NCBI GenBank assembly: GCA_017449485.1
Contig: JAFTFP010000252.1
Span: 1 to 52,399 of the forward strand
Direction: 5' to 3'
Origin: Lachnospiraceae bacterium
Lineage (GTDB): Bacteria; Bacillota; Clostridia; Lachnospirales; Lachnospiraceae
DNA: 52,399 nucleotides
Shown here: positions 19,781 through 30,275 of the stretch, one piece after another
Numbering within the stretch: position 1 is the stretch's first letter
Layout of the letters: each line of letters begins with the position of its first letter
Program-made: the position numbers and the translations under genes
The notes under the pieces: generated by a model
The model's input: only the letters and a program-made list of their open reading frames with translations
Database searches by the model: none
What the model was told of the DNA's origin: nothing

Positions 19781-22016
19781 TGCCTTCTCCTGTATTCCCG
19801 AGTTCGCGGATCCGCTGTTCCAGCCCTGTATTTCTTTTATAGCGGTTTTCCTCCTTTGCCATATTCCGGACCGCTGCGCTGCTGCCCAGCAGGACGACAC
19901 AGCTCCTGGCCCGTGTGACAGCGGTGTAGAGCAGATTCCGGTTCATCAGTGCCGGCGGCCCGGACAGGATCGGAAGAATCACGGCGGGGTACTCCGACCC
20001 CTGCGATTTATGAACGGTAATGGCATAGGCCAGATCCAGATCTTCCAGCTCACTGAACGGATATGAGACGATCCGGTTTTCATCAAAGCAGACCGTCACC
20101 ACGCGCTCACGCTCATCGATTTCCCGGATCACGCCGAAATCGCCGTTGAAGATACCTGTTCCCTTTTCGAGCGGAATGCCATACCGCCCGCGGATTTCCC
20201 ACTCAATCTGATAATTGTTCCGGGTCTGCATCACCTTGTCGCCTACCCGGAAGATCACATCCTGCCGCTGCAGCTCCGGCTTGCCCTCCTCCGGCGGATT
20301 CAGCACGCTCTGCAGCACCTCGTTGAGCTTCTGTGCGCCGAGTGCTCCCTTCTTCATCGGTGTCAGCACTTGAATCTCTCCCTCGCTGCAGTGCACGTAC
20401 CCCGGCAGATTTTCGCGGATCAGCTGCACCATGTGCTTGTAAATCGGCGGCACATCGTTCCGCTCCAGAAAGAAGAAGTCTCTGCTGTGATTATCCATCA
20501 CCAGCTCTTCTCCCTCCAGAATCCGATGCGCATTCATGACGATATCGCTCTCGGCCGCCTGGCGGAAAATCTTGCGGAGCATCACCGTGGGCACGGCTTT
20601 GCTTTCAATCAGATCCCGCAGCACCTGTCCGGGCCCCACACTGGGAAGCTGGTTGACATCTCCCACCAGAATCAGGGACGTCCCGGGCATGATGCCCTTC
20701 AGCAGCGCGTGAAACAGATAGATATCCGCCATGGAAACCTCGTCTACAATCACGGCGTCGGCCTCCAGCGGGCTGCTCTCGTCTTTTTCAAAAGCCGTAT
20801 AGGCCCGGCCCGTGCTGTTTTCAATGACCCGTACGCCCAGAAGGCGGTGAATCGTCATGGCCTCGCACCCTGTGGCCTCTGTCATGCGCCGCGCTGCCCG
20901 GCCGGTCGGTGCGGCCAGCAGGACTTCTTTTCCTTCACTTTCAAAATATCGGATGATGGTATTGATGGCGGTCGTCTTGCCGGTGCCGGGGCCGCCCGAG
21001 ATGATGACCACCGGCTCACAGACGCCGAGCTCCACGGCCTTTTTCTGCAGCTCATCCAACTCGATTCCGGTCTGATTCTCAATTTCCCGGATCCGCCCCC
21101 GGACTGCGCTGCCGGCCCGGTAGTGCCCGCCGGTCTCCAGAAGCTCCCGCAGCCGCAGGGCAATATTCCGTTCTTCATAGAATGCGGAAGCCAGATAGAT
21201 CTCTCTGACTCCGTCCCGGCTCCTGAGAATGATCTTCCGCTCGATGGCAAGGTTGTCGATCTGAACACGGATCAGATCCTCCTCGAGCCCCAGCATGGCC
21301 GCCGTCCGCCCGGTCAGCTCCTCCTGCGGCAGAAAGGTACTGCCCTCCTGCAGGATACTGGACAGGACATACTGCACCGCGCTCCGGATCCGGAACTCGG
21401 AGTCCGCACGGATGCCCATGCGCTGCGCCAGTTCGTCCGCCATGGCAAAGCCGATTCCATCCACATCTTCCGCAAGCCGGTACGGATTCTCGCGGAACAC
21501 GGTGTACATTTCCATGCCGTAAGTCTGCCAGATTCTGAGTGCCTTCTGATTGGTGATGCCGTACTGCTGCAGGAACATCATCGCACTGCGCACTTCCTGC
21601 TTCTCGCGGGTCTGCGCGGCGATTTCCCGCGCCATGCGGTCGCTGATGCCCTTTACCTCCGAGAGGCGCTCCGGTTCCTCATCGAGAATCCGCAGCGTAT
21701 CCTCTCCGAATGTCCGGATAATTCTGGCGGCAAGAGATTCGCCGATCCCCTTGATCGCGCCGGAGGAAAGATAGCGGTACATGGCTTCCCTGCTCTCCGG
21801 GGCACAGGGATGGTAAGAAAAAAGGCGCAGCTGCTGTCCGTAGACCGGGTGATCCCGGAACTCGCCGGTCACCTCGCAGCTTTCGCCCTCGCTGATGGAG
21901 GGGGCCGTTCCCGTGCAGGTCAGCAGGTCGCCCTCCAGATTCAGTTCAAAGACTGTATATGCGTTCTCTTCGTTGCGGTAAATGATATGAGAGACAAATC
22001 CTCTGAGTTGTTCCAT
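19743..22016 (-). CDS. recD2: ATP-dependent RecD-like DNA helicase
   Basis: GGPGTGKTT, LAAPTGRAA, VDEVSM, GDVNQLPSVGPG, AYAITVHKSQGSEY, YTAVTRA. Confidence 0.95.
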   Translation of the reverse strand: MEQLRGFVSHIIYRNEENAYTVFELNLEGDLLTCTGTAPSISEGESCEVTGEFRDHPVYGQQLRLFSYHPCAPESREAMYRYLSSGAIKGIGESLAARIIRTFGEDTLRILDEEPERLSEVKGISDRMAREIAAQTREKQEVRSAMMFLQQYGITNQKALRIWQTYGMEMYTVFRENPYRLAEDVDGIGFAMADELAQRMGIRADSEFRIRSAVQYVLSSILQEGSTFLPQEELTGRTAAMLGLEEDLIRVQIDNLAIERKIILRSRDGVREIYLASAFYEERNIALRLRELLETGGHYRAGSAVRGRIREIENQTGIELDELQKKAVELGVCEPVVIISGGPGTGKTTAINTIIRYFESEGKEVLLAAPTGRAARRMTEATGCEAMTIHRLLGVRVIENSTGRAYTAFEKDESSPLEADAVIVDEVSMADIYLFHALLKGIMPGTSLILVGDVNQLPSVGPGQVLRDLIESKAVPTVMLRKIFRQAAESDIVMNAHRILEGEELVMDNHSRDFFFLERNDVPPIYKHMVQLIRENLPGYVHCSEGEIQVLTPMKKGALGAQKLNEVLQSVLNPPEEGKPELQRQDVIFRVGDKVMQTRNNYQIEWEIRGRYGIPLEKGTGIFNGDFGVIREIDERERVVTVCFDENRIVSYPFSELEDLDLAYAITVHKSQGSEYPAVILPILSGPPALMNRNLLYTAVTRARSCVVLLGSSAAVRNMAKEENRYKRNTGLEQRIRELGNTGEGTEPAFSAQMPGL

Positions 22017-23008
22017 TACACATCCGTGAATCCGGACAGGAATTCAACATAGCGCCCGGTTCCGATCGCCACCGCCGTCATCGGATCCTCCGCTGTCACG
22101 GCATTGATGCCGGTCTTACTTGTGATCAGTTCCTCCAGACCATGCAGCAGGCTTCCGCCTCCGGTCAGAACAATACCGCGGTCTGCGATATCCGCCGCAA
22201 GCTCCGGCGGTGTCTTCTCCAGCACACTGTGAACGGCCTCAACAATCTGGTTCGTCGGCTCCTTGAGCGCCTCCTCGGTCTCCTCTGAGGAAACCTTGAT
22301 CGTTCTGGGCAGGCCGGTCACCAGGTTTCTGCCGCGGACTTCGAGATAATCCACTTCCGGCAGCGGATAGCAGGTGCCGATCCGGATCTTGATATCCTCG
22401 GCAGTCCGCTCGCCGACCAGAAGATTGTATTTCTTTCTCATATAACGCACGATGGCGTCGTCAAAATCATCTCCTGCAACCTTGATGGAAGTGGAAACCA
22501 CCGTACCGCCGAGGGAAATGACTGCAATATCCGTCGTGCCGCCGCCGATATCGACGACCATGTTGCCGCAGGGCTTGGAAATATCAATGCCTGCACCGAT
22601 GGCAGCTGCGATGGGCTCCTCGATGATGAAGACCTCCCGGGCACCTGCCTGGAACGTTGCGTCCTCAACAGCCTTCTTCTCCACCTCTGTGACGCCGCTC
22701 GGCACACAGACCGCGATCCGCGGCTTGCGGAAGGTACGCTTTCCCACCGATTTCTGGATGAAATACTTCATCATTTTCTCGGTGACCGTGTAATCCGAGA
22801 TAACGCCCTGACGAAGCGGGCGCACGGCCACGATGTTGCCGGGCGTCCGGCCCAGCATCAGGCGGGCGTCCTCGCCGATCGCCATGATCTTGTTGGTATC
22901 CCGGTCAAATGCGACAACCGAGGGCTCCTTGAGCACAACTCCTCTGCCTCTTATGTAAACCAGCACGCTGGCTGTTCCCAGATCAATTCCAATATCCGAA
23001 TATGCCAT
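22016..23008 (-). CDS. mreB: Rod shape-determining protein MreB/Mbl family
   Basis: IGIDLGTA, RPLRQGVISD, EEPIAAAIGAG, VDIGGGTT, LTGGGSLL. Confidence 0.95.
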   Translation of the reverse strand: MAYSDIGIDLGTASVLVYIRGRGVVLKEPSVVAFDRDTNKIMAIGEDARLMLGRTPGNIVAVRPLRQGVISDYTVTEKMMKYFIQKSVGKRTFRKPRIAVCVPSGVTEVEKKAVEDATFQAGAREVFIIEEPIAAAIGAGIDISKPCGNMVVDIGGGTTDIAVISLGGTVVSTSIKVAGDDFDDAIVRYMRKKYNLLVGERTAEDIKIRIGTCYPLPEVDYLEVRGRNLVTGLPRTIKVSSEETEEALKEPTNQIVEAVHSVLEKTPPELAADIADRGIVLTGGGSLLHGLEELITSKTGINAVTAEDPMTAVAIGTGRYVEFLSGFTDV

Positions 23009-23068
23009 ATACCGACCTTATGCCGCAGGCATCCGTGTCACATCGGTGACGTGCCTGCTGAATCATCA

Positions 23069-23110
23069 TAAAAAATCTTTCCTGCCTGCTGTCTGCAGGC
23101 AAGAAAGATT
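23069..23110 (-). terminator. Probable terminator of uvrBA overlapping the mreB promoter
   Basis: AATCTTTCTTGCCTGC-AGACA-GCAGGCAGGAAAGATT followed by TTTT. Confidence 0.65.
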
Positions 23111-23136
23111 ATAAAACACTGATATACCTTTTTCAA
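23108..23136 (-). promoter_or_regulatory. Sigma-A promoter of mreB
   Basis: TTGAAA-17 nt-TATAAT. Confidence 0.75.
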
Positions 23137-23162
23137 AGGTTTTCCGTCTGTTTACACTTTTT

Positions 23163-26099
23163 TTATAACTGCTGCCGGCGGAGCGTTTTATCAATGTAGT
23201 ATCCTGTGTAGGAGGTGTGCACCTTCGCAATTTCCTCCGGCGTTCCCTTCGCAATGACGGTGCCGCCCCGGTCGCCGCCCTCCGGTCCGATGTCGATGAT
23301 ATAGTCGGCTGTCTTGATCACATCCAGATTGTGCTCGATCACCACCACCGTGTTGCCGCCCTCGACCAGACGGTGCAGAATCTTCGTCAGCTTCGACACA
23401 TCCTCAAAGTGCAGACCGGTCGTCGGCTCATCCAGAATATAAATGGTCCGGCCGGTGCTCTTGCGGGACAGCTCGGCAGCCAGCTTGATCCGCTGCGCCT
23501 CTCCGCCGGAGAGCTCCGTGGAGGGCTGACCCAGCTTGACATAGCCCAGGCCCACATCGTTGAGCGTCTCGATCTTGCGTCGGATCGACGGCACGTTCTC
23601 AAAGAAGTGAACCGCCTCTTCAATCGTCATATCCAGAATGTCGTAAATGCTCTTTCCCTTGTAGCGCACTTCCAGCGTCTCACGGTTGTAGCGTCGGCCG
23701 TGACAGACTTCACAGGGGACATAGACATCCGGCAGGAAATGCATCTCGATCTTGATGATGCCGTCGCCGCCGCAGGCCTCGCATCGTCCGCCCTTCACAT
23801 TGAAGGAGAAGCGCCCCTTCGCATAGCCCCGGGCCTTTGCGTCCGGCGTGCCCGCGAACAGATCGCGGATCATATCAAAGACACCCGTGTACGTCGCCGG
23901 GTTGGACCGCGGCGTGCGCCCGATGGGGGACTGATCGATGTTGATGACCTTGTCCAGCTGCTCCAGTCCGTCAATTCCGTCGTGAGGACCGGGAATCGTT
24001 CTGGCCCGGTTCAGATCCCGCGCCAGATGTTTATAGAGAATTTCATTGACCAGTGAGCTCTTGCCCGATCCGGAGACACCTGTCACCACGGTCATCACGC
24101 CCAGCGGGAAATCCACGTCAATATGCTTCAGGTTATTGACCGCCGCGCCGCGGACCTTGATCCAGCCCGAGGGACTGCGCCGCTTCTCCGGAACCGGAAT
24201 AAAGCGCTTTCCGGACAGATACTGCCCGGTGATCGATTCCGGCACCTCCATGATCTCCTGCGCCGTTCCGCAGGCGACCACCTCGCCGCCGTGACTGCCG
24301 GCCCCCGGTCCGATATCGACAATATAATCGGCGGCCAGCATCGTGTCCTCGTCGTGCTCCACCACAATGACCGTATTCCACAGATCCCGCAGGTTCTTCA
24401 GCGTGCGCAGCAGCTTGTCATTGTCCCGCTGATGCAGGCCGATGCTCGGCTCGTCCAGTATATAGCAGACGCCCACCAGACCCGATCCGATCTGGGTCGC
24501 GAGACGGATCCTCTGAGCCTCGCCGCCCGAGAGTGTCGCCGTCGCCCGCGCCAGTGTCAGATAATCCAGACCCACTTCCTTCAGGAAGCCGACCCGGTTT
24601 TGAATTTCCTTCAGCACCTGCCGGCCGATCATGGCCTGATTCTGTGTCAGCTCCATGTGGTCGATAAAATCCTGCAGCGACCCGATGGACATGCAGGTCA
24701 CATCATAAATATTCCGGTCGCAGACCGTCACGGCCAGCGACTCCTTCCGCAGACGCTTTCCCCCGCACTCCTGGCAGGGCGTGATCTGCATGAAGGTCTC
24801 GTACTCCGCCTTCATCGTGTCGGAAGCCGTCTCCCGGTAGCGTTGCTGCGTATTGCGCAGAATGCCCTCAAACGCGATCGGATACACGCCCTCTCCGCGC
24901 TGGCCCTTGTAATGCACCTTGACGGAAGTCGTGGTTCCGTACATCAGCAGGTTCTGCACCTCCGGTGTGAGCTCGCGCCAGGGCGTATCCAGCGAGAAAT
25001 GAAACTCCTTCGCCAGCGCCGTCAGGATCGCATTGCTGAAGCTTCCCGGCGTCATGCACGACTGCCAGCCCAGCACCGCGATCGCCCCGCCGTTGATGGA
25101 CAGAGATTCGTCCGGAATGATCAGACGCGGATCAAACTCCATGCGGTAGCCCAGGCCCGCGCACTCGGGGCAGGCGCCGAAGGGATTGTTGAAGGAAAAG
25201 CTGCGCGGCTCAATCTCCGGAATGCTGATGCCGCAGTCCGGGCAGGCAAAATTCTGCGAGAAGTTCAGGGTTTCTCCGTCCACCACTTCGATCTGCAGCA
25301 GCCCCTCCGCCAGGTTCAGTCCATTCTCCACGGAGTCCGTCAGACGCCGCTCGATGCCCGGCTTTACCACGAGACGGTCGATGACAATCTCGATATTATG
25401 CTTGATATTCTTGTCGAGCGTGATTTCCTCGGACAGTTCATAGAGATTCCCGTCCACGCGCACGCGCACGTAGCCGCTCTTTCCTGCCCGCTCCAGCACC
25501 TTCTCGTGCCGGCCCTTCTTGCCGCGCACGACCGGCGCCATGACCATGATCCTGCTGCCCTCCGGCAGCTTCATGATCTGATCCACCATCTGATCCACGC
25601 TCTGTCTGGAAATCTCTCTTCCGCAGTTCGGGCAGTGCGGAATGCCGATCCGGGCATAGAGAAGACGCAGATAATCATAGATCTCCGTCACCGTGCCCAC
25701 TGTAGATCTCGGATTCCGGTTCGTGGATTTCTGATCGATGGAAATGGCGGGCGAAAGGCCCTCGATCTTTTCCACGTCGGGCTTCTCCATCTGCCCCAGG
25801 AACTGTCTCGCATAAGACGACAGCGATTCCATGTAGCGGCGCTGTCCCTCTGCGTAGATCGTGTCAAATGCCAGCGAGGATTTTCCGGAGCCGGACAGAC
25901 CAGTCAGCACCACCAGCTGATTTCTCGGAATATCCAGGCTGATCCCCTTCAGGTTATGCTCGTGGGCGCCGCGGATCCGGATGCAGTCATCCTTATAGAT
26001 CACGCTCCGCCGTTTTTCATCGGCTACCTTCTGCTCCTTCGCCTTCGCTTCGGCCTCCGCCAGCGCCGGCCAGTAATCTTCCTTTTTTACTTTTCCCAT
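23163..26099 (-). CDS. uvrA: Excinuclease ABC subunit A
   Basis: Two ABC ATPase modules ([24 protein letters not shown] twice) and Zn fingers. Confidence 0.97.
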   Translation of the reverse strand: MGKVKKEDYWPALAEAEAKAKEQKVADEKRRSVIYKDDCIRIRGAHEHNLKGISLDIPRNQLVVLTGLSGSGKSSLAFDTIYAEGQRRYMESLSSYARQFLGQMEKPDVEKIEGLSPAISIDQKSTNRNPRSTVGTVTEIYDYLRLLYARIGIPHCPNCGREISRQSVDQMVDQIMKLPEGSRIMVMAPVVRGKKGRHEKVLERAGKSGYVRVRVDGNLYELSEEITLDKNIKHNIEIVIDRLVVKPGIERRLTDSVENGLNLAEGLLQIEVVDGETLNFSQNFACPDCGISIPEIEPRSFSFNNPFGACPECAGLGYRMEFDPRLIIPDESLSINGGAIAVLGWQSCMTPGSFSNAILTALAKEFHFSLDTPWRELTPEVQNLLMYGTTTSVKVHYKGQRGEGVYPIAFEGILRNTQQRYRETASDTMKAEYETFMQITPCQECGGKRLRKESLAVTVCDRNIYDVTCMSIGSLQDFIDHMELTQNQAMIGRQVLKEIQNRVGFLKEVGLDYLTLARATATLSGGEAQRIRLATQIGSGLVGVCYILDEPSIGLHQRDNDKLLRTLKNLRDLWNTVIVVEHDEDTMLAADYIVDIGPGAGSHGGEVVACGTAQEIMEVPESITGQYLSGKRFIPVPEKRRSPSGWIKVRGAAVNNLKHIDVDFPLGVMTVVTGVSGSGKSSLVNEILYKHLARDLNRARTIPGPHDGIDGLEQLDKVINIDQSPIGRTPRSNPATYTGVFDMIRDLFAGTPDAKARGYAKGRFSFNVKGGRCEACGGDGIIKIEMHFLPDVYVPCEVCHGRRYNRETLEVRYKGKSIYDILDMTIEEAVHFFENVPSIRRKIETLNDVGLGYVKLGQPSTELSGGEAQRIKLAAELSRKSTGRTIYILDEPTTGLHFEDVSKLTKILHRLVEGGNTVVVIEHNLDVIKTADYIIDIGPEGGDRGGTVIAKGTPEEIAKVHTSYTGYYIDKTLRRQQL

Positions 26100-28094
26100 T
26101 TACTTCCCGTTCTCCAGATCTAAGGCGTATTTCTTTAATTCAATCAGCTTATCACGCAGCTCCGCAGCCGCCTCGAAATTCAGGTCTGCCGCTGCCCGCT
26201 TCATCCGCTTCTCCACATCCGCAATCAGCTTCTTCAGCTCGGTGATGTTCATGGATTCCGGATCCTTCTCGAAGCGGACCTCCTCCTTCGAGATCTCCTT
26301 CGAAATCGAGATCAGATCCCGCACCGCCTTGCGGATGGTCTGCGGCGTAATGCCGTGTTCCTCGTTGTACTTCTGCTGGATCGCACGCCGGCGCTGCGTC
26401 TCATCGATGGCCTTTCTCATCGAGTCCGTCATGTTGTCGGCATACATGATCACATGGCCGTCCGCATTGCGGGCCGCGCGGCCGATCGTCTGGATCAGCG
26501 AAGTCTCCGCGCGCAGGAAGCCCTCCTTGTCCGCATCCAGAATCGCCACCAGTGCAATCTCCGGAATATCCAGACCCTCCCGCAGCAGGTTGATGCCCAC
26601 CAGCACATCGAAGACATTCAGCCGCATATCGCGGATAATCTGGGCGCGCTCGAGCGTGTCGATATCCGAGTGCAGGTATTTCACCCGGATGCCGTTTTCC
26701 GCAAGATAATCCGTCAGATCCTCCGCCATCTTCTTCGTGAGCGTCGTGATCAGAACCTTGTTGTTCCTCGCCGTCTCCGTCCGGATCTCCGCGATCAGAT
26801 CATCGATCTGCCCCTCCACCGGCCGCACATCAATGTACGGATCCAGCAGGCCCGTGGGCCGGATCACCTGCTCCGTCCGCAGCAGCTCGTGCTCCTCCTC
26901 ATACTTGCCGGGCGTCGCCGAGACGAACAGCATCTGATCAATATGGCTCTCAAACTCCTCGAAATTCAGCGGACGGTTGTCCAGCGCTGAAGGCAGACGG
27001 AAGCCATAATCCACCAGCGTCAGCTTCCGGTTCCGGTCCCCGTGATACATCGCGCCGATCTGCGGAATCGTCATATGCGACTCATCGATGATAATCAGGA
27101 AGTCCTCCGGGAAGAAATCCATCAGCGTCAGCGGCGGTTCGCCTGGCACGGCAAAATTCAGATGCCGCGTATAGTTCTCGATGCCGGAGCAGAATCCCGT
27201 CTCCCGCATCATCTCAATGTCAAAATGTGTCCGCTCGGAAATCCGCTGTGCCTCGATCAGCTTGTCCTCGCTCTTGAAATACCGGATCCGCTCCTCCAGC
27301 TCCTGCTCGATGTTCTCACAGGCCAGATTGATCTTCTCCTGCGGCACCACGTAGTGGGAAGCAGGATAAATCATCACATGCTGCAGGCTGGCGTGCACCC
27401 GCCCGGTCATGATCTCCACCTCGCTGATCCGGTCGATCTCGTCCCCGAACCACTCGACACGGATCAGATATTCGCTGCCCTGTGCCGGATAGATCTCCAC
27501 CGTGTCTCCGTGCACACGGAAGTTGCATCGATCCATGCCGGCATCACTGCGCGTGTACTGAATCGCGATCAGATCCCGGATCGTCTCATCCCGGTCCTTG
27601 AGCATGCCCGGCCGCAGAGAAATGGACATGCCCTTGAATTCCTCCGGGCTGCCCAGACCATAAATACAGGAAACAGAGGCCACGACAATCACATCCCGGC
27701 GCTCGGAAAGGGAAGCCGTCGCCGACAGACGCAGTTTGTCGATCTCATCATTGATCGCCGAGTCCTTCGCGATATACGTGTCGGTCTGCGGCACATATGC
27801 CTCCGGCTGATAGTAATCGTAGTAGGAGACGAAGTATTCCACCGCGTTGTTCGGGAAGAATTCCTTCATCTCGCTGTACAGCTGACCCGCGAGCGTCTTG
27901 TTGTGTGAAATGATCAGCGTCGGCCGGTTCAGCGCCTGTATGACATTGGCCATCGTGAAGGTCTTGCCGGAGCCCGTGACGCCCAGCAGCGTCTGGAACT
28001 GATTTCCCTCCAGAAATCCCCTGGTCAGCGCCTCAATCGCCTGCGGCTGATCGCCGGTGGGCTGATATTCAGAGTGCAGTTCGAAGTGATCCAT
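26100..28094 (-). CDS. uvrB: Excinuclease ABC subunit B
   Basis: [38 protein letters not shown]-terminal UVR domain. Confidence 0.97.
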   Translation of the reverse strand: MDHFELHSEYQPTGDQPQAIEALTRGFLEGNQFQTLLGVTGSGKTFTMANVIQALNRPTLIISHNKTLAGQLYSEMKEFFPNNAVEYFVSYYDYYQPEAYVPQTDTYIAKDSAINDEIDKLRLSATASLSERRDVIVVASVSCIYGLGSPEEFKGMSISLRPGMLKDRDETIRDLIAIQYTRSDAGMDRCNFRVHGDTVEIYPAQGSEYLIRVEWFGDEIDRISEVEIMTGRVHASLQHVMIYPASHYVVPQEKINLACENIEQELEERIRYFKSEDKLIEAQRISERTHFDIEMMRETGFCSGIENYTRHLNFAVPGEPPLTLMDFFPEDFLIIIDESHMTIPQIGAMYHGDRNRKLTLVDYGFRLPSALDNRPLNFEEFESHIDQMLFVSATPGKYEEEHELLRTEQVIRPTGLLDPYIDVRPVEGQIDDLIAEIRTETARNNKVLITTLTKKMAEDLTDYLAENGIRVKYLHSDIDTLERAQIIRDMRLNVFDVLVGINLLREGLDIPEIALVAILDADKEGFLRAETSLIQTIGRAARNADGHVIMYADNMTDSMRKAIDETQRRRAIQQKYNEEHGITPQTIRKAVRDLISISKEISKEEVRFEKDPESMNITELKKLIADVEKRMKRAAADLNFEAAAELRDKLIELKKYALDLENGK

Positions 28095-28149
28095 GCCTTT
28101 CCTCTTCGTTCAGAAGCGCCTTGGCGTTCGTGCCGCGCTGTTTTCAGTC

Positions 28150-28186
28150 AAAAGTCCGGATCGGATTCAGATCCGTCCGGACTTTT
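28150..28186. terminator. Hairpin or terminator directly behind the uvrB -10 box
   Basis: AAAAGTCCGGA...TCCGGACTTTT inverted repeat. Confidence 0.6.
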
Positions 28187-28226
28187 ATCATACTACATGA
28201 GCGGCAAAAGAGCAAACATCTGTTCG
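28187..28226 (-). promoter_or_regulatory. uvrB promoter with LexA (SOS) box
   Basis: Minus strand CGAACAGATGTTTG (28226-28213) matches the Firmicute CGAAC-N4-GTTYG box and overlaps TTGCTC-17 nt-TATGAT. Confidence 0.8.
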
Positions 28227-28239
28227 TGTCCGGGCCGCG

Positions 28240-29619
28240 TCACCGGGCAGCGCACAGCTCAGCGAGATGCCGCGCGACATAGACGCCGCTCGCCGAAGCG
28301 TGAGACAGTGAGTGGGTCACACCGCTGCCGTCTCCGATGACGAAGAGTCCCTTGTGAAGGGTCTCCAGATTCTCATCCAGCGCGACCTCCATGTTATAGA
28401 ACTTCACCTCCACGCCGTACAGCAGCGTGTCATCATTCGCCACGCCCGGTGCGATGCGGTCCAGCGCGTAAATCATCTCAATGATGCCGTCCAGAATCCG
28501 CTTGGGCAGCACCAGACTCAGGTCACCCGGCGTCGCTGCGAGCGTGGGCCGTACGGTGCCCTCCTCGATCCGCCGCTGGGTGCTTCTGCGGCCGCGCTCC
28601 AGATCGCCGAAGCGCTGCACAATGACGCCGCCGCCCAGCATGTTGCTGAGCCTTGCAATGCTCTCACCGTACTCATTACTGTCCTTGAAGGGCTCTGAGA
28701 AATGCTTTGCGACCAGCAGGGCAAAATTCGTATTTTCCGTCTTGCGGTGTTCGTCCTCGAAGCTGTGTCCGTTCACTGTCACAATGCCGTTGGTGTTCTC
28801 ATTGACCACAATTCCGTGCGGGTTCATGCAGAAGGTGCGCACATTGTCCTCAAACTTCTCGGTCCGGTAAACGATCTTGCTCTCATACAGCTCGTCCGTA
28901 ATCGAATCGAAAATGACCGACGGAATCTCCACGCGCACGCCCAGATCCACCCGGTTGGACTTGGTCGGAATCTCCAGATCCTGGCAGACCGACTGCATCC
29001 ACTTGCTGCCGCTGCGGCCCACCGAGACCACGCAGTATCCGCACTCATAGGCCTCACTCCCGCAGTGAATCCGGAAGCCCTCTGCGGTCTTCTCGATGGA
29101 ATCCACCGGCGTGTCGAAGAAGAAGGTCACCTTGTCCTTCAGCTCATTGTACAGATTCTGCAGCACGATATAGTTGATATCCGTGCCCAGATGACGCACG
29201 GAAGCGTTGAGCAGAGTCAGCTTGTTCTGCATGCAGATTTTGCCGAACTCCGTCCCGGCCGTGGTGTACATCTTCGTTCCTTCTCCGCCGAACCGGCAGT
29301 TGATGCCGTCGACATAATGCATCAGCTCCAGGGCCTTGTCCCTGCCGATGTACTCGTAAAGCGTGCCGCCGAAGTCATTGGTGATATTGTATTTTCCGTC
29401 GGAGAAGGCGCCCGCGCCGCCGAAGCCGTTCATGATCGCGCAGGATTTGCAGCGGATGCAGGATTTCACCTTCACGCCGTCGATCGGGCACTTGCGCTTT
29501 TCCAGCGGATGTCCCGCCTCAAAGACAGCGACCTTCAGATCCGGCCGCTTTCCGGTCAGCTCATAGGCGGAGAAAATCCCGCCGGGGCCTGCGCCGATAA
29601 TGATCACATCATACTTCAT
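28240..29619 (-). CDS. NAD(P)/FAD-dependent oxidoreductase
   Basis: DVIIIGAGPGG Rossmann motif, GFGGAGAFSDGK, RTFCMNP, IGDGSG; Cys cluster near the N-terminus. Confidence 0.85.
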   Translation of the reverse strand: MKYDVIIIGAGPGGIFSAYELTGKRPDLKVAVFEAGHPLEKRKCPIDGVKVKSCIRCKSCAIMNGFGGAGAFSDGKYNITNDFGGTLYEYIGRDKALELMHYVDGINCRFGGEGTKMYTTAGTEFGKICMQNKLTLLNASVRHLGTDINYIVLQNLYNELKDKVTFFFDTPVDSIEKTAEGFRIHCGSEAYECGYCVVSVGRSGSKWMQSVCQDLEIPTKSNRVDLGVRVEIPSVIFDSITDELYESKIVYRTEKFEDNVRTFCMNPHGIVVNENTNGIVTVNGHSFEDEHRKTENTNFALLVAKHFSEPFKDSNEYGESIARLSNMLGGGVIVQRFGDLERGRRSTQRRIEEGTVRPTLAATPGDLSLVLPKRILDGIIEMIYALDRIAPGVANDDTLLYGVEVKFYNMEVALDENLETLHKGLFVIGDGSGVTHSLSHASASGVYVARHLAELCAAR

Positions 29620-30115
29620 GGTCCGCTCCTTCCTCCGTGTCTGCCGGCTGGTCCGTCACATCCGCGTACGTGAAGCGGATGATCTTCTTCAGATTCTCCG
29701 GTGCTGTCTCCACCTGATAACCGATCTTCCCTGCACTGAAGCAGATCGTCTCCTGTGCGGCCGCGCTCTCGTCGATGACAGTGGGAAACGCCTTCTTCAT
29801 GCCGATCGGCGAACAGCCGCCGTGCACATACCCTGTCAGCGGCAGAAGCTCCCTGGCCTTGAGCATTTCCAGCTTCTTTTCTCCCACAGCCCTGGCGGCC
29901 TTTTTCAGATTCAGCTCCCGCTCTACCGGAATCATGAACACATAATATTTCCGCCCTGCTGCCTCCGTCACCAGCGTCTTGAACACCCGGTCCGGATCCT
30001 CATGCAATGCTGCAGCCACCTCCGTGCCGCCCACCGCGCCGGTCGCCGTGTAATCGTGCGCCGTGTAGGGAATCTTCTTCTGATCCAGCACGCGCATCAC
30101 ATTCGTCTTTTCCAC
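29609..30115 (-). CDS. ybaK: Cys-tRNA(Pro) deacylase YbaK
   Basis: KTNVMRVLDQKKIPY, VFKTLV, TGYVHGGCSPIG, FSAGKIG; GTG start behind AGGAAAGGA. Confidence 0.92.
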   Translation of the reverse strand: MEKTNVMRVLDQKKIPYTAHDYTATGAVGGTEVAAALHEDPDRVFKTLVTEAAGRKYYVFMIPVERELNLKKAARAVGEKKLEMLKARELLPLTGYVHGGCSPIGMKKAFPTVIDESAAAQETICFSAGKIGYQVETAPENLKKIIRFTYADVTDQPADTEEGADHEV

Positions 30116-30232
30116 TTTCTGCTTCCTTTCCTGCCCTGCCGCTTTGATCACGGATGACCCGGCATGGCTGTGCCCCGGGCGTTTATCTGTTCTTCCCGGG
30201 CGTTTTTCAGTATACTAAGGGCATGGCAAAAT

Positions 30233-30275
30233 TTCAATTCAGTCGGGACGACTGAATTGAAGCCTCCGGCGGATC
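30233..30275 (+). repeat. Dispersed hairpin-plus-tail repeat, copy B (3-nt loop)
   Basis: TTCAATTCAGTCG-GGA-CGACTGAATTGAA-GCCTCCGGCGGATC, followed by a second hairpin AAGAACGCC...GGCGTTCTT. Confidence 0.85.

Noticed and set aside
20370-26123. Long plus-strand ORFs opposite recD2 and uvrA (560 aa and 666 aa)
   Set aside because: Antisense shadows of well-supported genes
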